40,000 bases of DNA, taken from Clostridia bacterium. Its GTDB lineage: Bacteria; Bacillota; Clostridia; UBA1381. The notes under the pieces are model-generated. The model did no database searches, was not told where the DNA came from, and saw only the letters and a program-made list of their open reading frames with translations. Made by a program: the position numbers and the translations under genes. This document shows, piece after piece, positions 37,606 through 40,000 of the stretch. Within the stretch, counting starts at the first letter, position 1, and every line of letters begins with the position of its first letter. Location: contig JAZSFX010000024.1 of NCBI GenBank assembly GCA_045532455.1, positions 2,918 to 42,917 of the forward strand. The letters are read 5' to 3'.

Positions 37606-37629
37606 AAAAAGGGCATTTGCCCTTTTTTT
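37605..37629. terminator. Short GC hairpin flanked by an A-run and a T-run; terminator of the deacetylase gene
   Basis: AAAAAAGGGCATTTGCCCTTTTTTT. Confidence 0.65.
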
Positions 37630-37634
37630 ATCTT

Positions 37635-37670
37635 TTAGGAAATTACTACTTTTAAGTTGTAATTTCCTAA
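37635..37670. repeat. Perfect 12-bp inverted repeat (TTAGGAAATTAC ... GTAATTTCCTAA) with a 12-nt partly self-complementary spacer
   Basis: Read directly: arms at 37635-37646 and 37659-37670. There is no adjacent U-tract on either strand. Confidence 0.7.
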
Positions 37671-37675
37671 ATTAC

Positions 37676-37734
37676 AAAAAAGTCTACCTATGGAAGTGAG
37701 CTATGCGAACGACAGTCGCGATAGAGACTTTTTT
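37676..37734 (-). terminator. Probable terminator of the SLH-protein gene (compound hairpin)
   Basis: AAAAAAGTCT at 37676-37685 pairs with AGACTTTTTT at 37725-37734. An inner hairpin CTATGCG/CGC(G)ATAG lies at 37701-37724. On the - strand the structure ends in a U-run. The stop codon at 37733-37735 overlaps the outer stem. Confidence 0.45.
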
Positions 37735-40000
37735 ATTTTAATAACTTGTAAACCAAACTAGCAACCTCAGCTCTTGTTATATTACCTTGCGGATTTATTG
37801 TGTTATCCTCATATCCGTTTACAACCTTATGGTGTACAAGCTTGTATATTTCATTCTCCGCCCAATCGGGAATAGTATCACCATCAGCAAAGCTAAAGGC
37901 GTATTTTTCACTATCCTCTATTGTTCTTCCAAGAACTGTCATAGCTTCTGCTCTTGTTATATAATCACTTGGTGCAAAAAATGTTGCATCACCATTAGCA
38001 CGACCGTTCATTATTCCATTCTCAACAACTGCATTTATTGCATTACTTGCCCAATCGGGTATTTGATCCTGGTCGGCAAGCTCGGTTTTTGATGAAGAAT
38101 ACTTTTCTAAATTAAATCCCAAATATCTGCAAATTGTCATTGCAAATTCTGAACGTGTCATTTTGTTGTCGGGGAAGAATGCAAGACCATTTTCTGTTTC
38201 TATACCACTAAAGATTTTATCTTCACTAAGGGATGCAATCATCTCGCTTGCCCAGTGTCCGTTTGTATCGTAAAATGCAGATGCACTGTTAATTTTAACA
38301 CCAATTTCCTTTGTAATATTACCAACACTGACCCTGATTACTCCCTCATCTTCTTTGCTTGCAGAGTTGAGTGTAAAAAGACCTTCTTCGGTGATTGTGC
38401 CTATGTTGCCGTCAACGTCCCATTCTATTATATCGCCCGAGATATATAACTCCTTTTCATCTGCATATGCAACGGGGCGCAGAGAAATCTCTTTAATATC
38501 ACCTGCATTAAACGACAGTTCGTTGACTTTCTCCCACGAGGCAGTATCATAAATTACCATATCGTCAACTTTGTCATATACATTAAATGTTATAGGCAAC
38601 TTTGTGCCATTTATGTTGGCAAAAACCTCTGACTGACCGCTTTTATCAAATGTAATTATGTTATTTTTCACCTGTGCGTCGTCGGAGGTATAACTTAGAG
38701 TATAGTCGCTCATTTCATAATCCGACGTATCAAAAATTCTTTCGATGCTTATCACTTGCGTTGAATTTAACATAACATTTGTGTTTAAATCTACAAATTT
38801 AATATTACCTGCAATATTTGTTTTTTCTCTTTTATCCTGCAGGAATATATAGTTGGCAATACTGCGCGGTGCTCCGTTTGACGGTTTGTTTACAACGTTA
38901 AACACGGGATTTTTAGTAAGCCATACACCCATCACGGTTGAACCGCCGCCGTCGAAGTTTATCGCGTCAATGCACCCCAACTCCTGCATACGTTTTGCAA
39001 GCTCACTGAGTGATGCACCACCGCTGTAACCACTCTGTCTGCCATCGAGCGTGTAGAATATAACATTACCGTCGCTTTTAATTCCTACTGCAGTACGCGG
39101 ATGAACACCTGCCTCAAAGCCTGAGCCGATATTTCCGTCTTTTAAAAGACGACCGCCTACCGTACTGCTTGCCTCAACTGCCTCACTCCACAGATTTTTT
39201 TCCGAATTTATTGCAGTATTGGTTATTGTAAGGGTATCACCAACTTTAATAGAGCGCATAAACTCCATCAAATCTGCTCTGCCGCCTGCAATATCAATCT
39301 GCAGAAGAATTTTACCTTTTGGGATTTTAATTTCACCGCCATATTCAAAAATATCTTCAACACTTATTGTTGCATTTTTATCTATGCTGATTGCACCGTC
39401 CTTTATTGAACACAACACATAAAGACAGTTCGACTTTGTTTTTGTTGTTTCTCCGAATTTATCGGTAAGTAAATATATAGGGTCAAAGCCTGGTTGACAC
39501 CACTTGTTTATGAACATTATCTCAACTTCGTTTTCTCCATTGGAAAGCATTGTCTGAATTTGAAGTGTATCAATAAATGCACTTCCGTCTATTCTGAAGC
39601 CTATCGCGTCCTGAGCGTCGTATTCTTTCGAAACAATTTCTCCGTTCGAGATAGTATAACCCATCTGCAAGCCTGTCTGAAAAGAGAAATAGTCTGCATT
39701 TATGCCCATTCTGCTTCTGTAACCGTTTTGGTCAATATATTTTTGCGCGTCGTAAATATTAAGGGTACCCCATAGCTTTTCGCCATTAACCATAACGGGA
39801 ACAATATCCTCGTTTGGAGTATACTCAATATAATGCTCGCTCTGGTTTCCTCTTGTGCCACCGCTGAATTGATTTTGATAGAATGTATGCTTCCACATTT
39901 CTTCGCTGTAGCTGTTGTAGATGTTGCCAAGTACACCGGCGTATACAGTTGTATTAATTAAAATTGCAATAACTGCAATTATGCTTGTTATTTTCTTCAT
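37733..40000 (-). CDS. Secreted phosphodiester glycosidase (NAGPA/DUF2233-like) with Ig-like middle region and three C-terminal SLH domains
   Basis: Signal peptide MKKITSIIAVIAILINTTVYAG. Motifs GINADYF, HPRTAVGI..DG, TLDGRQ and AINFDGGGS. Three ~55-aa SLH repeats each end in a TRSE/TRAE motif. The ATG occupies 39998-40000, so the promoter is outside the window. Confidence 0.85.
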   Translation of the reverse strand: MKKITSIIAVIAILINTTVYAGVLGNIYNSYSEEMWKHTFYQNQFSGGTRGNQSEHYIEYTPNEDIVPVMVNGEKLWGTLNIYDAQKYIDQNGYRSRMGINADYFSFQTGLQMGYTISNGEIVSKEYDAQDAIGFRIDGSAFIDTLQIQTMLSNGENEVEIMFINKWCQPGFDPIYLLTDKFGETTKTKSNCLYVLCSIKDGAISIDKNATISVEDIFEYGGEIKIPKGKILLQIDIAGGRADLMEFMRSIKVGDTLTITNTAINSEKNLWSEAVEASSTVGGRLLKDGNIGSGFEAGVHPRTAVGIKSDGNVIFYTLDGRQSGYSGGASLSELAKRMQELGCIDAINFDGGGSTVMGVWLTKNPVFNVVNKPSNGAPRSIANYIFLQDKREKTNIAGNIKFVDLNTNVMLNSTQVISIERIFDTSDYEMSDYTLSYTSDDAQVKNNIITFDKSGQSEVFANINGTKLPITFNVYDKVDDMVIYDTASWEKVNELSFNAGDIKEISLRPVAYADEKELYISGDIIEWDVDGNIGTITEEGLFTLNSASKEDEGVIRVSVGNITKEIGVKINSASAFYDTNGHWASEMIASLSEDKIFSGIETENGLAFFPDNKMTRSEFAMTICRYLGFNLEKYSSSKTELADQDQIPDWASNAINAVVENGIMNGRANGDATFFAPSDYITRAEAMTVLGRTIEDSEKYAFSFADGDTIPDWAENEIYKLVHHKVVNGYEDNTINPQGNITRAEVASLVYKLLK

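Noticed and set aside
1-40000. Defence island, prophage, conjugative element or toxin-antitoxin system
   Set aside because: No integrase, recombinase, phage structural, restriction-modification, Cas, reverse-transcriptase, or TIR/STAND-type motif was seen in any frame. Nearly every gene is a recognisable housekeeping or envelope function in conserved synteny. The Walker-A ATPase/GTPase motifs present belong to recognised housekeeping proteins (Der, Gmk, PriA, RsgA, AddA/AddB).

Overview
This window reads as a low-GC Firmicutes (Clostridia-like) core-chromosome segment. I see no prophage, CRISPR array, integrase, toxin-antitoxin pair, tRNA/rRNA gene or recognisable defence island. About 31 consecutive + strand genes (88-32394) are tightly packed, with many overlapping or abutting stop/start codons. 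They are: an EamA transporter, a PDZ/radical-SAM/DUF512 protein, der-plsY-gpsA, and then an array that closely mirrors the Bacillus subtilis yloC-to-thiN region (yicC, remA, gmk, rpoZ, priA, def, fmt, rsmB, rlmN, PP2C phosphatase, PASTA Ser/Thr kinase, rsgA, rpe, thiamine pyrophosphokinase). These are followed by a cysteine desulfurase with thiI, addB-addA, and a less interpretable tail: a coiled-coil membrane protein, a 533-aa membrane protein, a Toprim/RNase M5-like protein and three small ORFs. After a bidirectional terminator come a - strand EamA transporter and a Ca-type P-type ATPase. Next are a monocistronic + strand gene, a polysaccharide deacetylase, and a convergent - strand SLH-anchored phosphodiester glycosidase that starts on the last base of the window. 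I did not find a convincing new multi-gene system. The most unusual locus is 36071-36748, an apparently catalytically dead IS200/RAYT-like (HUH) domain fused to a histone-H1-like Lys/Ala/Pro/Thr tail, with its own near-consensus promoter and terminator. Secondary items are the uncharacterised genes at 28883-32394 and a hairpin plus U-tract that encloses the ribosome-binding site of the first gene. All family assignments come from reading motifs by eye. No searches were run.
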